Below are positions 1-9,171 of a stretch of DNA of 43,944 nt, one piece after another. The translations under genes and the position numbers were made by a program. Numbering within the stretch: position 1 is the stretch's first letter; every line of letters begins with the position of its first letter. The notes beneath the pieces were generated by a model that searched no databases, was not told the origin of the DNA, and saw only the letters and a list, made by a program, of their open reading frames with translations. This DNA comes from Fibrobacteria bacterium (GTDB lineage: Bacteria; Fibrobacterota; Fibrobacteria; UBA11236), in NCBI GenBank assembly GCA_041746255.1, contig JBGTHM010000060.1, forward strand, positions 1 to 43,944, given 5' to 3'.

Positions 1-1
1 C

Positions 2-1261
2 GAGGGGAACGCTTTCTAATTCCGAAAATATCTCGGTTTTCTTATATGCATATCGGGTTCCCTCCACCGCTTTTTCAAGATTTCCGCTGGAAAGCGCGGA
101 AAGTCGGATTTGATCCGCCTCTCCCATCAATTTCTCCACTGTTTCCATTCCCGGTACGATGTCCAGCAAAATATGGCTTACATCCGCCGTTTCCACACCA
201 TCCTCGATTTTCTTGTCGTGGAGAAGTATTACGTGGTAGCCGAATTGGGTCAGCACGGGGTCGGAAATCTGGCCGGGTTCAAGTTGAAAAGCCGTCGCGC
301 TGAATTCGGGTACCCAAGCGCTTCGAGGTTGATAGCCGCCTAATCGTCCGCCGTTTTCGGCGGTGGAGTGATCGCTTGAATAGCTCCCAGCCAGCTCCGA
401 GAAGGATTCCCCCTCTTGCGCGCGCTGTTTCAAGTCACGCGCCAGTTCTTCCATTAGCGCGGTGTCGCCGGGCGAGGGCTGCAATTCGAGTTTGACAAAG
501 CCCAGTCGGGCTGCCGATTCGGAAAAATGGAAGCTGTCGGGATGGGCCTCAAAATGGGCGCGCATTTCGGCTTCGGTGATTTCATCTTCGGAAACGGCGA
601 AGCCATCGATGGGGACGCGGTAGAATCGCAACTTCGCCTTATTTTCCTCAACGGCTATGGTATGAGCCTGCTCCAACACGGTGGGATGGAGTTGCGCATT
701 CATGATATGTTGCAATTGGATTTGTGGGATAACGGCTGAGCGGAGCTGCACCTCGAGGTCGCGCATGGAAGCCCGGTCGTAAACACTGTCCTGGGCCAAC
801 CAATTGCGATAGCGCGCCATGTCGATGGTGGAGTCGACCATGAAGGCGGGGGGCGCTTCAATCTGCTGATAGCGGGCCAAATGCTGGGCCACCTCTTGGG
901 GGCTGTTCAGGAGGTAATTGTGCATTTCCTGGATTGATGCGTGTAATGCATATTGTCGGATGGCTTTTTGCATGAGGATGGACTGAACATTGAAGTCGAA
1001 AAGGCTTTGCCGCATTTCCGCAATTTGTTGGGCGGACAACGAGTTACCCGTACGCGCCTCCTCGCTTTGCTGGTAATTTTGCAATTCCACCTGAAAACGT
1101 TGAGTCTGGATTTTCTCTCCATTAACGCTTCCGACATTTTCGAATCCGGACGGTCCGTCGCTCATTCCGGAAAAATCCATCATCAGCAAACCCACCACGA
1201 TAAGCACAAGAAAGGGTAAAATGAACCACTTGGCATTTTGTTTCATCGCCATCAAACTCAT
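2..1261 (-). CDS. ppiD: PpiD-like membrane-anchored chaperone / parvulin peptidyl-prolyl isomerase (partial, runs off the left edge)
   Basis: Hand-translated open frame from ATG at 1261 with GGAG upstream and no stop in the window, so it is missing from the ORF track. N-terminal TM helix (MSLMAMKQNAKWFILPFLVLIVVGLLMMD), VGSVNGEKI SurA-N-like motif, and rotamase motifs FSELAGSYSSD..NGGRLG..VPEFSATAFQLEPGQISDPVLTQFGYHVI. Confidence 0.85.
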   Translation of the reverse strand, partial: MSLMAMKQNAKWFILPFLVLIVVGLLMMDFSGMSDGPSGFENVGSVNGEKIQTQRFQVELQNYQQSEEARTGNSLSAQQIAEMRQSLFDFNVQSILMQKAIRQYALHASIQEMHNYLLNSPQEVAQHLARYQQIEAPPAFMVDSTIDMARYRNWLAQDSVYDRASMRDLEVQLRSAVIPQIQLQHIMNAQLHPTVLEQAHTIAVEENKAKLRFYRVPIDGFAVSEDEITEAEMRAHFEAHPDSFHFSESAARLGFVKLELQPSPGDTALMEELARDLKQRAQEGESFSELAGSYSSDHSTAENGGRLGGYQPRSAWVPEFSATAFQLEPGQISDPVLTQFGYHVILLHDKKIEDGVETADVSHILLDIVPGMETVEKLMGEADQIRLSALSSGNLEKAVEGTRYAYKKTEIFSELESVPL

Positions 1262-1494
1262 ATATGCAGGCTCCAGGTCGTTAATTCGCCGTTTAAGGTA
1301 CCAAAGAATAGCTAATGCAACCCAGAATACGATTCCGGGAAACCCGTAAAACGCAAGGTATTTGAGGGTGGCGCGGGCGAATGAAGAGCGCCTTCCTCTG
1401 CAACATCGCCTAATTTATTAATTTCAAGGGCCCTGCGTCATGCCGGTGGCCAATCCGGAGCAGGATTCCGTGAAAACAGGGTTTCGGTATAAAC

Positions 1495-3108
1495 ATGAAG
1501 GCTTATGATTTCATCATTGTCGGTTCCGGAGTCGCAGGTCTTTCCCTGGCTTTGAAGGCCGCGGCCTTCGGCAAGGTGTTGGTGGTGACCAAGAAGCTGA
1601 GCCGGTCCGGATCGACGAATCTGGCGCAGGGGGGAATTGCGTCGGTAATGCATCCGGAAGATTCTCTCGAACGACATTTCCAGGACACTTTGGAAGCCGG
1701 CGCGGGACTGTGCCGGGAAGAGCGGGTGCGGTTATTGGTTTCCCAGGGTCCGGCGGTTATCGAAAACCTGGTTAAATGGGGGGTGCGGTTTACCAAGAAC
1801 GGCCGCAAGGGCTCCTTAAATCATGGGATTCCCTATCACCTGGCGCGGGAAGGCGGGCATTCGAATGAACGGATATTGCATGCCAACGACCTCACCGGAT
1901 TGGAAATTCAACGGGCGCTCATCCAAGCGGCCACGGCGGAGCCGAATATCCAAATTCTGGAAAATTATATGGCCATCGACCTTATTACGGCCAAACATTT
2001 GCTCAGGCGTCAGCGAAATGGAGGCGACCGTTGCCACGGGCTCTATGCACTCGACTCGCAGCGAAACCGGGTAGTCGCCTTGTTCGGGGCGGCCACGGTT
2101 TTATGCACCGGTGGAGCGGGCATGGTGTATAGCCATACTACCAACGATTCGGTGTCGACGGGTGACGGCATCGCAATGGCTTATCGAGCGGGAGTGGCGG
2201 TCGAAGACATGGAATTCATGCAATTCCATCCCACTACATTTTATAATCCGGGTCATCCCACCTATCTCATCTCCGAGGCTTTACGGGGCCATGGGGGCGT
2301 TTTGCGCAATCACCGGGGCGATCCCTTCATGGACGGGGTACACCGGATGAAATCGTTGGCGCCCCGCGACGTGGTTGCGCGGGCTATCGACGCAGAAACG
2401 AAGAAATCGGGACATCCCTGCGTTTATCTGGATATGACGGCTTTTTCGCGCAGCGATTTGCGCAAACATTTCCCCAACATTTTCGCCCATTGCGTGAAAA
2501 TGGGATTGGACATGTCGAAGGAACGAATTCCGGTGGTGTCGGCCGCTCATTTCACTTGCGGGGGGGTGAAGGTGGATGAAAATTCGGCGACCGGGCTTCC
2601 CGGGCTTTACGCCGTGGGGGAGACCGCTTGCACGGGAGTTCATGGGGCAAATCGGCTGGCGAGTAATTCTCTCCTCGAAGGATTGGTATTTTCGGAGTGC
2701 GCGTTGAAGCATATAGTCGCTTCTAGTTTGTCGCGCCCCAATCAGGTTGATTTCCGGGAGTGGAACAGTTTGAACGTCAAGCCGGCCCCGGAAACCATCA
2801 TCTATTCGCATGCATTCGAAACCATCCGTTCCACCATGTGGCATTATGTGGGAATCGTTCGCACCGACGCCCGTCTAGCCAGGGCTTGGGAGTTTATCCG
2901 TGTCATCAGCAGGCAAATCCAACATGATTACTGGTCCTTTTCCATGGAGCCCAACCTGATCGAACTCCGCAACCTCACCCTCAACGCCGAGCTTATCATT
3001 CGCAGCGCCAGGCGTCGTAAGGAATCCAGGGGATTGCATTACAACTTGGACCATCCCGGCCTTTGGCCGCGCATCCGTCACATTACCCTTCGCAGGAACG
3101 CTGGGTGA
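1495..3108 (+). CDS. nadB: L-aspartate oxidase
   Basis: FAD-binding GSGVAG, AQGGIA, LAREGGHS, EFMQFHPT, LISEALRG, LAPRDVVARAI, GVHGANRLASNSLLEGLVF and ESRGLHY motifs. Confidence 0.96.
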   Translation: MKAYDFIIVGSGVAGLSLALKAAAFGKVLVVTKKLSRSGSTNLAQGGIASVMHPEDSLERHFQDTLEAGAGLCREERVRLLVSQGPAVIENLVKWGVRFTKNGRKGSLNHGIPYHLAREGGHSNERILHANDLTGLEIQRALIQAATAEPNIQILENYMAIDLITAKHLLRRQRNGGDRCHGLYALDSQRNRVVALFGAATVLCTGGAGMVYSHTTNDSVSTGDGIAMAYRAGVAVEDMEFMQFHPTTFYNPGHPTYLISEALRGHGGVLRNHRGDPFMDGVHRMKSLAPRDVVARAIDAETKKSGHPCVYLDMTAFSRSDLRKHFPNIFAHCVKMGLDMSKERIPVVSAAHFTCGGVKVDENSATGLPGLYAVGETACTGVHGANRLASNSLLEGLVFSECALKHIVASSLSRPNQVDFREWNSLNVKPAPETIIYSHAFETIRSTMWHYVGIVRTDARLARAWEFIRVISRQIQHDYWSFSMEPNLIELRNLTLNAELIIRSARRRKESRGLHYNLDHPGLWPRIRHITLRRNAG

Positions 3109-3115
3109 TGGCGGC

Positions 3116-5158
3116 ATGAGCGTTTCCGGATTCGATTTTACCGGAAGCCTTTGGCCCCTGCTGTTGCTGCCTCCAGGCCTCTTAATCCTGTGGATGCAAT
3201 TGCCTCCCGGTTTTTGGCGTGGAAGCCGCTTGGGCTTTCCGCATTCCGCAATTTTTCTGTTGCAGGGTACGGCACTGACGGTATTGACGCTATCCCTGTG
3301 CGCGCCGGAATGGCGCCAACGCGCGACGATTTTTCATCCGCCCGCCATTATCATTGCCGTCGACGGAAGCGACAGCTTCGAGGAAGGCCGCTTTCTGCGG
3401 GTTGGCAAGGAAGTGAACGCCTCCCGCGAGCGCATCGCACGGGACTTCGCGGCGCGCGGATTCCGCGTAGTCCCCATCCGCTTTCACGAATGGGCGGATG
3501 ATAGAAGCGGGTCCGACTTTTTCTTGGAAAGGGGAAGGTTGACCGATTTCTACGGTTTGGAAAAATTTCTCGACACCTTGGGCGTCCCGAATATACAAGG
3601 GATTTTTCTCTTTTCCGACGGAAGGCATACCCTCAATAGCGAAAGAAATTTCGGGGGGAAGGTTCCCATTTTTCCAGTCATCCATCCCCTGACGGGTGTG
3701 GATGAAGGTCAATTAGAAGCGGTTGAATGGATTGAACGGAGCGGCGGACGGGTCGATTCCTTAAGGGTGACATGGTCGCCCATCGGTGACGGGGGTGGCG
3801 CTCCACGCCTGCAACTTACCGACGGTGAGAGGATCCTCTTAGAGGCGGAGTTGCCCGAGCCTATGGGAATGGAATCGCAGCAGGCGCGAATTCCTTGGGC
3901 GAAACCGTTGAGGGATTTCGGAAATACAGGAGCGACGATAACCGCCGTATTGATTCCCGGTAATCCAGAAGGCAATCTCACTCCACACAACGATAGTTTG
4001 CGATTAAACCTAGGGGAAAGTAGTCGCCAGAGCATCCAGCTGCTGCTGCCCTTGCGGACCTTGGAAGAGAGGACTTTGGTGGATGCCTTGCGACGGGAAA
4101 CGGATATTTCACTAAACCTGGTTCGCGAGGAGGAGTTTTTGCAAAAGAAATCCGCCTTGGGTGGACAGGTTTGGGTCTCCGCGCAAAATTTCTCGGGATC
4201 GGCGGCATTGCGCGCCTTTCTGTCTACAACCGAGGTGAAGGTGCTTCTGTATTCACCCGGCGAATTCGATTCCCGCTTGCAACCCCTGCTTATGGCGCCC
4301 GCTGACGTACGGTCCTTTTCGGAAAGCGCGCTGCTACAGAGAATTCAAGGACCGCACCATTCCATGATTCCGGAGGGAGTGGGGCTGGGTAAGGTGTCGG
4401 AGACCCCGCTAAAGCTTCCCTTGGAGCGAGGCATGGCTTGGTCCGCAATTTCTTTACGTGAAGGAGATCACAAAGGCGTGCTATTGGGAGCGCTGCAAAC
4501 ACGCGACGGCGTAGTGTACCGGCATTTCGTGCTTCCCCGGGTATGGTCACGCCTTTTCACGCCGCGCCCCAATTTCGGGAGCGAGGCTCTCTGGAGGGAT
4601 TTGGTGCGGTTCGCCGTGCAGATCGCGTCTTATCGGCCCGATGCCGCCGAATTATATCTCCCGCCCCATGTCGTCGCGGGAATTCCCTTCGATCTTTCCG
4701 TGCGGCTTCCGCCTAAAGTGGATGCCAAAGCGTCGGTGGGCACACGCTTACGCGTGGAGTCATCCGAGGACGTTCGCGATTACGAAGGCATCGAGGAGCG
4801 AGGAAGGACGGTTTTTCCGAACCTTGTGCTTCCCGAAGGTAAAGCGGTATTGGAAATTTTTACCGGAAGCGAATCGAAGGTTCGGGATAGCCTGGAAGTT
4901 ACCCCCCGCATTTTAAGGGAGCTATTCCGGATCGGATACGATGAGCCGGCATTATCCCGGATGGCTTCGGCTGGTGGGGGAAACCTATTGTATGAGTCAC
5001 AATCTGCGCCGTTAGAACTTCCGGCATTACCGGTAGCCGAAATGCGTGAAATCCGGGATAAAACCATTCTTCTCTACAATACCCGAGTACAATTGCTCCT
5101 CGTCGCCTTTCTGCTCGCTTGCTCTTGGTTGCTGCGTAAACGACTCAATCTTGATTAA
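3116..5158 (+). CDS. Membrane-anchored vWA-domain protein, function unknown
   Basis: 680-aa ORF with two N-terminal hydrophobic helices, a MIDAS-like IAVDGSDS (DxSxS) and LFSDG, and a C-terminal TM helix followed by LRKR. Confidence 0.7.
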   Translation: MSVSGFDFTGSLWPLLLLPPGLLILWMQLPPGFWRGSRLGFPHSAIFLLQGTALTVLTLSLCAPEWRQRATIFHPPAIIIAVDGSDSFEEGRFLRVGKEVNASRERIARDFAARGFRVVPIRFHEWADDRSGSDFFLERGRLTDFYGLEKFLDTLGVPNIQGIFLFSDGRHTLNSERNFGGKVPIFPVIHPLTGVDEGQLEAVEWIERSGGRVDSLRVTWSPIGDGGGAPRLQLTDGERILLEAELPEPMGMESQQARIPWAKPLRDFGNTGATITAVLIPGNPEGNLTPHNDSLRLNLGESSRQSIQLLLPLRTLEERTLVDALRRETDISLNLVREEEFLQKKSALGGQVWVSAQNFSGSAALRAFLSTTEVKVLLYSPGEFDSRLQPLLMAPADVRSFSESALLQRIQGPHHSMIPEGVGLGKVSETPLKLPLERGMAWSAISLREGDHKGVLLGALQTRDGVVYRHFVLPRVWSRLFTPRPNFGSEALWRDLVRFAVQIASYRPDAAELYLPPHVVAGIPFDLSVRLPPKVDAKASVGTRLRVESSEDVRDYEGIEERGRTVFPNLVLPEGKAVLEIFTGSESKVRDSLEVTPRILRELFRIGYDEPALSRMASAGGGNLLYESQSAPLELPALPVAEMREIRDKTILLYNTRVQLLLVAFLLACSWLLRKRLNLD

Positions 5159-5165
5159 GGCCTCG

Positions 5166-5225
5166 GCCACCCTGCTGTGAAGCTCAGTCGGTGGCTCCAA
5201 CTATGATGGGAATTGTCTCCATCAT
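5166..5225 (+). terminator. Two adjacent hairpins after the vWA gene, possible terminator
   Basis: GCCACC/GGTGGC (5166-5195) and ATGATGG/CCATCAT (5203-5225), followed by pyrimidine-rich sequence but no clean U-tract. Confidence 0.35.
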
Positions 5226-5419
5226 TAAAGTGTTTTCCTTTCATCTCAACCCTCTCCTAACATCTTGTCAACTAAGTAATAACACTAATCTTCGGGGTTA
5301 CTGGGTAAACCGATCTTCGTTTTTGGGCTGTTATCCGGATTTTCTACGGGAAATTCTGAAATTTCCAAAATTACTTCAACTTTTTTCGAAAATCTTTAGA
5401 ATCATCCGTTGCCTGATTA

Positions 5420-5454
5420 TGGGTAGGAATGGTAGATTTTGGGTAAGATTGTGT
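5420..5454 (+). promoter_or_regulatory. Putative MraZ-binding direct repeats (dcw boxes)
   Basis: TGGG, TGGT, TGGG, TGTG at 5420, 5430, 5440 and 5450: an exact 10-bp period directly upstream of mraZ, matching the known TGGG/GTGG 10-bp-period MraZ operators. Confidence 0.75.
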
Positions 5455-5469
5455 AAAAAGATTTAAAAA

Positions 5470-5919
5470 ATGAATATAGTCCGACTCGAATCTTTTATTG
5501 GGAAAGCCTCCGTCGCCATTGATGCGAACGGCCGCACGAATTTTCCCAAGGATTTTCGCAAGGTATTACCGGAAGAGGCCAAAGGGCAGGTGGTTGTGAC
5601 CATTTCCGAAGGACGTACCCTGGCTTTGTATCCGGTTTCGGAATGGAACCGCTATATCGCCTATTTGGACAGTCTCGGCCGCGGCCCGGAGATATCCAAA
5701 TTCCGCACGCGGGTTACGGCCATGGCCAAGCTGTCCGTGCTGGACGGGCAGAACCGCATATCGCTTACCGACGAACAGATGGCCTACAGCGGCATTAAAA
5801 ACGAAGTCACTTTCGTCGGAGACGGAAAACGCGTGCGCCTATGGTCACCGGAACGTTACTCCGAGCAAATCGAAAACCTGACGGAAGACGAAGAGAAGCA
5901 ATTCGAGAACTGGTTTTGA
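5470..5919 (+). CDS. mraZ: Division/cell wall cluster transcriptional repressor MraZ
   Basis: Two DxxxR motifs (DANGR, DGQNR), 149 aa, first gene of the dcw cluster. Confidence 0.93.
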   Translation: MNIVRLESFIGKASVAIDANGRTNFPKDFRKVLPEEAKGQVVVTISEGRTLALYPVSEWNRYIAYLDSLGRGPEISKFRTRVTAMAKLSVLDGQNRISLTDEQMAYSGIKNEVTFVGDGKRVRLWSPERYSEQIENLTEDEEKQFENWF

Positions 5920-5956
5920 CGGAGAATGGTCCGCATAGGGAATCACAGGCCGGAAT

Positions 5957-6895
5957 TTGAAGCCTTACCATGTGGCCGTAATGGCCGAAGAAGTTGTTGA
6001 AAGTCTACTCACCGATCCGGAAGGCGTGTACGTAGACTGCACCTTGGGCGGCGGGGGACATTTCGGCCTGCTATTAGAGGCACTGGGGCCCGAAGGGACC
6101 GTGGTAGGACTGGACAGGGACGGAGAAGCCGTGAAGTTGAATGCCGCAAAATTCGGAAACGAACCCCGGGCCAGGCTCGCTCGGTCCCGCTTTTCGCAAT
6201 TGGAGGATTCCTGCGCAAAATTGGGTATCGGTCGGGGCGCCGTAACCGGCATTCTTTTCGACTTGGGAGTGAGTTCGCATCAAATCGACTCTGGCCGCCG
6301 GGGATTCACTTTTGCATCGGGAAGCGCCTTGGATATGCGGATGAATCAAGATGAGGGGCCTACCGCAGCAGAGATGCTGGAGCGATGGGACGAGGCGGAA
6401 CTGACGCGCATCTTTTGGCGTAACGCGGATATTACCCGTGGGCGCCGGCTGGCGGCGGCCATCAAATCCAGGCTGGCTCAAGGGGCGATGTCGGACAGTG
6501 GATTATTACGGGCGGCTGTGGATGAAGCCGCGGGTGGATCGCAAGAAAATCGAAATCAGATGTTGGCGCGGGCTTTTCAAGCAATTCGCATGGAAGTGAA
6601 TTCGGAATTGCCCGAGGTGGAAGCGGGTCTTTCGCAGGCGCTGGAAATGCTCAAACCGGGCGGACGGATAGCCGTGCTCAGTTACCATTCGGGTGAAGAC
6701 CGGCTGGTTAAGGATTTCATGGCGGCATGGGAGAGGGAATGCGTCTGCGACGCCAGGCTTCCCGTGTGCAGTTGCGGGGGAAAGCGCCGCAGACTCAAGC
6801 GAATCAACCGTAAGCCGAGAATTCCGGATACACAGGAAATCGCTAGGAATTCCCGGGCCCGCAGCGCCAAGCTGCGGGTGGCGGAGAAGGTGTAG
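5957..6895 (+). CDS. rsmH: 16S rRNA m4C1402 methyltransferase
   Basis: DCTLGGGGH, DLGVSSHQID, LDMRM, FQAIRMEVN, SYHSGEDRLVK and NSRARSAKLR motifs; TTG start. Confidence 0.96.
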   Translation: MKPYHVAVMAEEVVESLLTDPEGVYVDCTLGGGGHFGLLLEALGPEGTVVGLDRDGEAVKLNAAKFGNEPRARLARSRFSQLEDSCAKLGIGRGAVTGILFDLGVSSHQIDSGRRGFTFASGSALDMRMNQDEGPTAAEMLERWDEAELTRIFWRNADITRGRRLAAAIKSRLAQGAMSDSGLLRAAVDEAAGGSQENRNQMLARAFQAIRMEVNSELPEVEAGLSQALEMLKPGGRIAVLSYHSGEDRLVKDFMAAWERECVCDARLPVCSCGGKRRRLKRINRKPRIPDTQEIARNSRARSAKLRVAEKV

Positions 6896-6907
6896 GAGAC
6901 GAGGAAA

Positions 6908-7300
6908 ATGAAATTGAGGAAAATTTTTGCATTGATGTTACTGGCCGTTTTTTGCGCGGGAATCTTCGTCGTGCACGTTTGGAGGCAGAATTCCTTCGTT
7001 CAGCTGTCGCAAGAGGTGAGCAAGAACGAACGGGAACTCGTTAAAATCCGCAACGAAGTGGCCCGGCTTGAGTTGCATGTGAGCGAATTGAAGAAAATGT
7101 CCCGAGTGGAACGGGTAGCCAGGGAAAAATTTGGCCTGGACTTTAAGGTGACGCCCATTCTCGTACATGCCGGTTCAGATGGGGAGCAGGGAGGGGAGGT
7201 TCGCGCCTTCGCGTGGGCAACCGGAATTATGGAAAATCTTCGCGACCTTACCGGTAAAAGGGAGGGCGGGAGCGGGGAATGGGCAACAAAAGGATTATAG
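6908..7300 (+). CDS. ftsL: Cell division protein FtsL
   Basis: Single TM helix plus coiled coil ending SRVERVAREKFGL; lies between rsmH and ftsI; GAGG SD. Confidence 0.8.
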   Translation: MKLRKIFALMLLAVFCAGIFVVHVWRQNSFVQLSQEVSKNERELVKIRNEVARLELHVSELKKMSRVERVAREKFGLDFKVTPILVHAGSDGEQGGEVRAFAWATGIMENLRDLTGKREGGSGEWATKGL

Positions 7301-9171
7301 TCTTCGGTTTTTTGCTGGCCTCGGCCTGGGCAGGAATGCTTGCCCGGGTTTTTTTCGTACAGGTGGTACAAGCTGACGAGTATCGTGAAATGGCCCGGAA
7401 TCAATCGGTGCGCCGCACCATTATTCAACCCAATCGCGGCGAAATCCTGGACCGGAACCTGCAAAAGCTGGTTGTGAACGCAGAGGTTAAAATCGAATCC
7501 GCCGCCGCTTCCGAACAACAGGGTCTTCGGTTGAATCGCATCAATTCCCACGGTAACCTGGCGGGCCAGGTGCTGGGAAATGTGGGGCGTGACGGATATG
7601 GCCTTTTGGGATTGGAATATGCGCTTGACCGCGAATTGCGCGGAACCGATGGTTGGCAATATCAGCGGGTCGATGCGCGGCATCGATTTTACCCGGGATT
7701 CGAGGAAAAAATCCAGAATCCTGTCAATGGCCATCATGTCGTGTTGACCTTGGACGCTAGGATCCAAAGCATTGTGGAGCATGCCCTCGAGCGCGGCGTG
7801 GAAAGAGCCGGCGCACTCAAAGGCGTCGCCGTAGTCGTGGAACCCTTTTCGGGCGATGTTTTGGCCATGGCAAATTATCCCTTTTACAACCCCAACTTCC
7901 GCTCCGAAGGCGATACCTGGAAGAACCTGGCGGTCACCATGGTTTACGAGCCGGGTTCAACTTTCAAAATGGTTACGGCCGCAGCGTTGATAGAGCAAGG
8001 TGAAATCTTCCCTGACGACACTCTGGACGCCGAAGGCGGCACTTATCGCTTGGCCAATCAAATCATTCGCGACACCAAGCCGCATGACCGGCTTTCCTTT
8101 CGCGATGCCATGGCTTTCAGTAGCAATATCGCTTTTGCCAAAGCTTCGGTACTGATCGAACCGCATGATTTTTACCGGTATGTCCGGAGTTTCGGTTTCG
8201 GGATGAAAACGGGGATAGGGCTACCTGCCGAAGAAGGAGGAACCTTGAAGGCCGTGAGCGAGTGGAGCGGTCGTACGCAGGGTACTATGGCCTTCGGCCA
8301 TGAAATATCGGCCACTCCGCTGCAGGTGGCCTTGGCTTTCGCCGCGGTGGCCAATGGTGGGCTCCTGATGAAACCGCGTATTGTGAAGGAATGGTTGGAC
8401 GACAATGGGCGGCAGGTTCGCGTGGAAGAATCGAAGACGGTAAGGCGCATTTTGTCCCAGGAGACGGCAGCGCAAATCAAGGATATGCTCGCCGCGGTAG
8501 TTGAATATGGAACGGCCTCAGAAATCCGTTCCCCTAGAATTTCCATGGCCGGAAAAACGGGGACGGCGGAAAAAATCGATCCGGAAACGGGAAAATATGT
8601 CAAGGGAAGTTTCCATTCCTCCTTCGTGGGAATGGTACCTCTGGAGCACCCTCAATATGTCTGTCTTATCCTCATAGATGAACCCACCCGGTTGAAATAT
8701 GGCGGTCAAGCCGCGGCGCCGGTTTTCCGTGAGATTACCGATCGCATCATCGCCTCTCCGGGGTTCGATTTGGCCCGCCTGGCAAATTTGTCTGAGCCCA
8801 CGGTGGAAGATTCGGTGGTGGTTCCCGATTTAGTCGGCTATTTGCCGGACGATGGATCCCGCATGCTACAACAGCTTTCGCTGGCCGTGGTTTGGGACGG
8901 ACGCGGCAACCGCATTTTCCGTCAGGTTCCCCGGGCGGGAGTCAAGGCGTCCTTGCGCGATACCATGAGGTTGGAATTGGGATATCTCGACGCGCGCTCC
9001 ATGCCGGACGTGACGAAATTAACCATTCGTGATGCACTTCTCAAATTAAAAAATCTTGGCTTGGAAGTGGAATATTCGGGAAACGGCAAGGTCGTGGATC
9101 AAGTTCCCGCTCAGGGTGAATTGGTGGAGCCCGGACAGAAATGTGTGCTGGTACTGGATTGGATGGGTTGA
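7279..9171 (+). CDS. ftsI: Class B penicillin-binding protein FtsI/PBP3 with two C-terminal PASTA domains
   Basis: TM anchor, RGEILDRN, catalytic STFK (SxxK), SSN (SxN) and KTGT motifs, PASTA-like VPDLVG and MPDVT repeats. Confidence 0.92.
   Translation: MGNKRIIVFGFLLASAWAGMLARVFFVQVVQADEYREMARNQSVRRTIIQPNRGEILDRNLQKLVVNAEVKIESAAASEQQGLRLNRINSHGNLAGQVLGNVGRDGYGLLGLEYALDRELRGTDGWQYQRVDARHRFYPGFEEKIQNPVNGHHVVLTLDARIQSIVEHALERGVERAGALKGVAVVVEPFSGDVLAMANYPFYNPNFRSEGDTWKNLAVTMVYEPGSTFKMVTAAALIEQGEIFPDDTLDAEGGTYRLANQIIRDTKPHDRLSFRDAMAFSSNIAFAKASVLIEPHDFYRYVRSFGFGMKTGIGLPAEEGGTLKAVSEWSGRTQGTMAFGHEISATPLQVALAFAAVANGGLLMKPRIVKEWLDDNGRQVRVEESKTVRRILSQETAAQIKDMLAAVVEYGTASEIRSPRISMAGKTGTAEKIDPETGKYVKGSFHSSFVGMVPLEHPQYVCLILIDEPTRLKYGGQAAAPVFREITDRIIASPGFDLARLANLSEPTVEDSVVVPDLVGYLPDDGSRMLQQLSLAVVWDGRGNRIFRQVPRAGVKASLRDTMRLELGYLDARSMPDVTKLTIRDALLKLKNLGLEVEYSGNGKVVDQVPAQGELVEPGQKCVLVLDWMG

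Noticed and set aside
1262..1494. NAD-sensing riboswitch upstream of nadB
   Set aside because: Only short generic hairpins such as CGGG-AAA-CCCG are visible; I cannot match a known aptamer without a covariance search.
5191..5466. 91-aa ORF upstream of mraZ
   Set aside because: It runs through hairpins, AT-rich promoter DNA and the MraZ repeats, has no SD and no protein-like motif.
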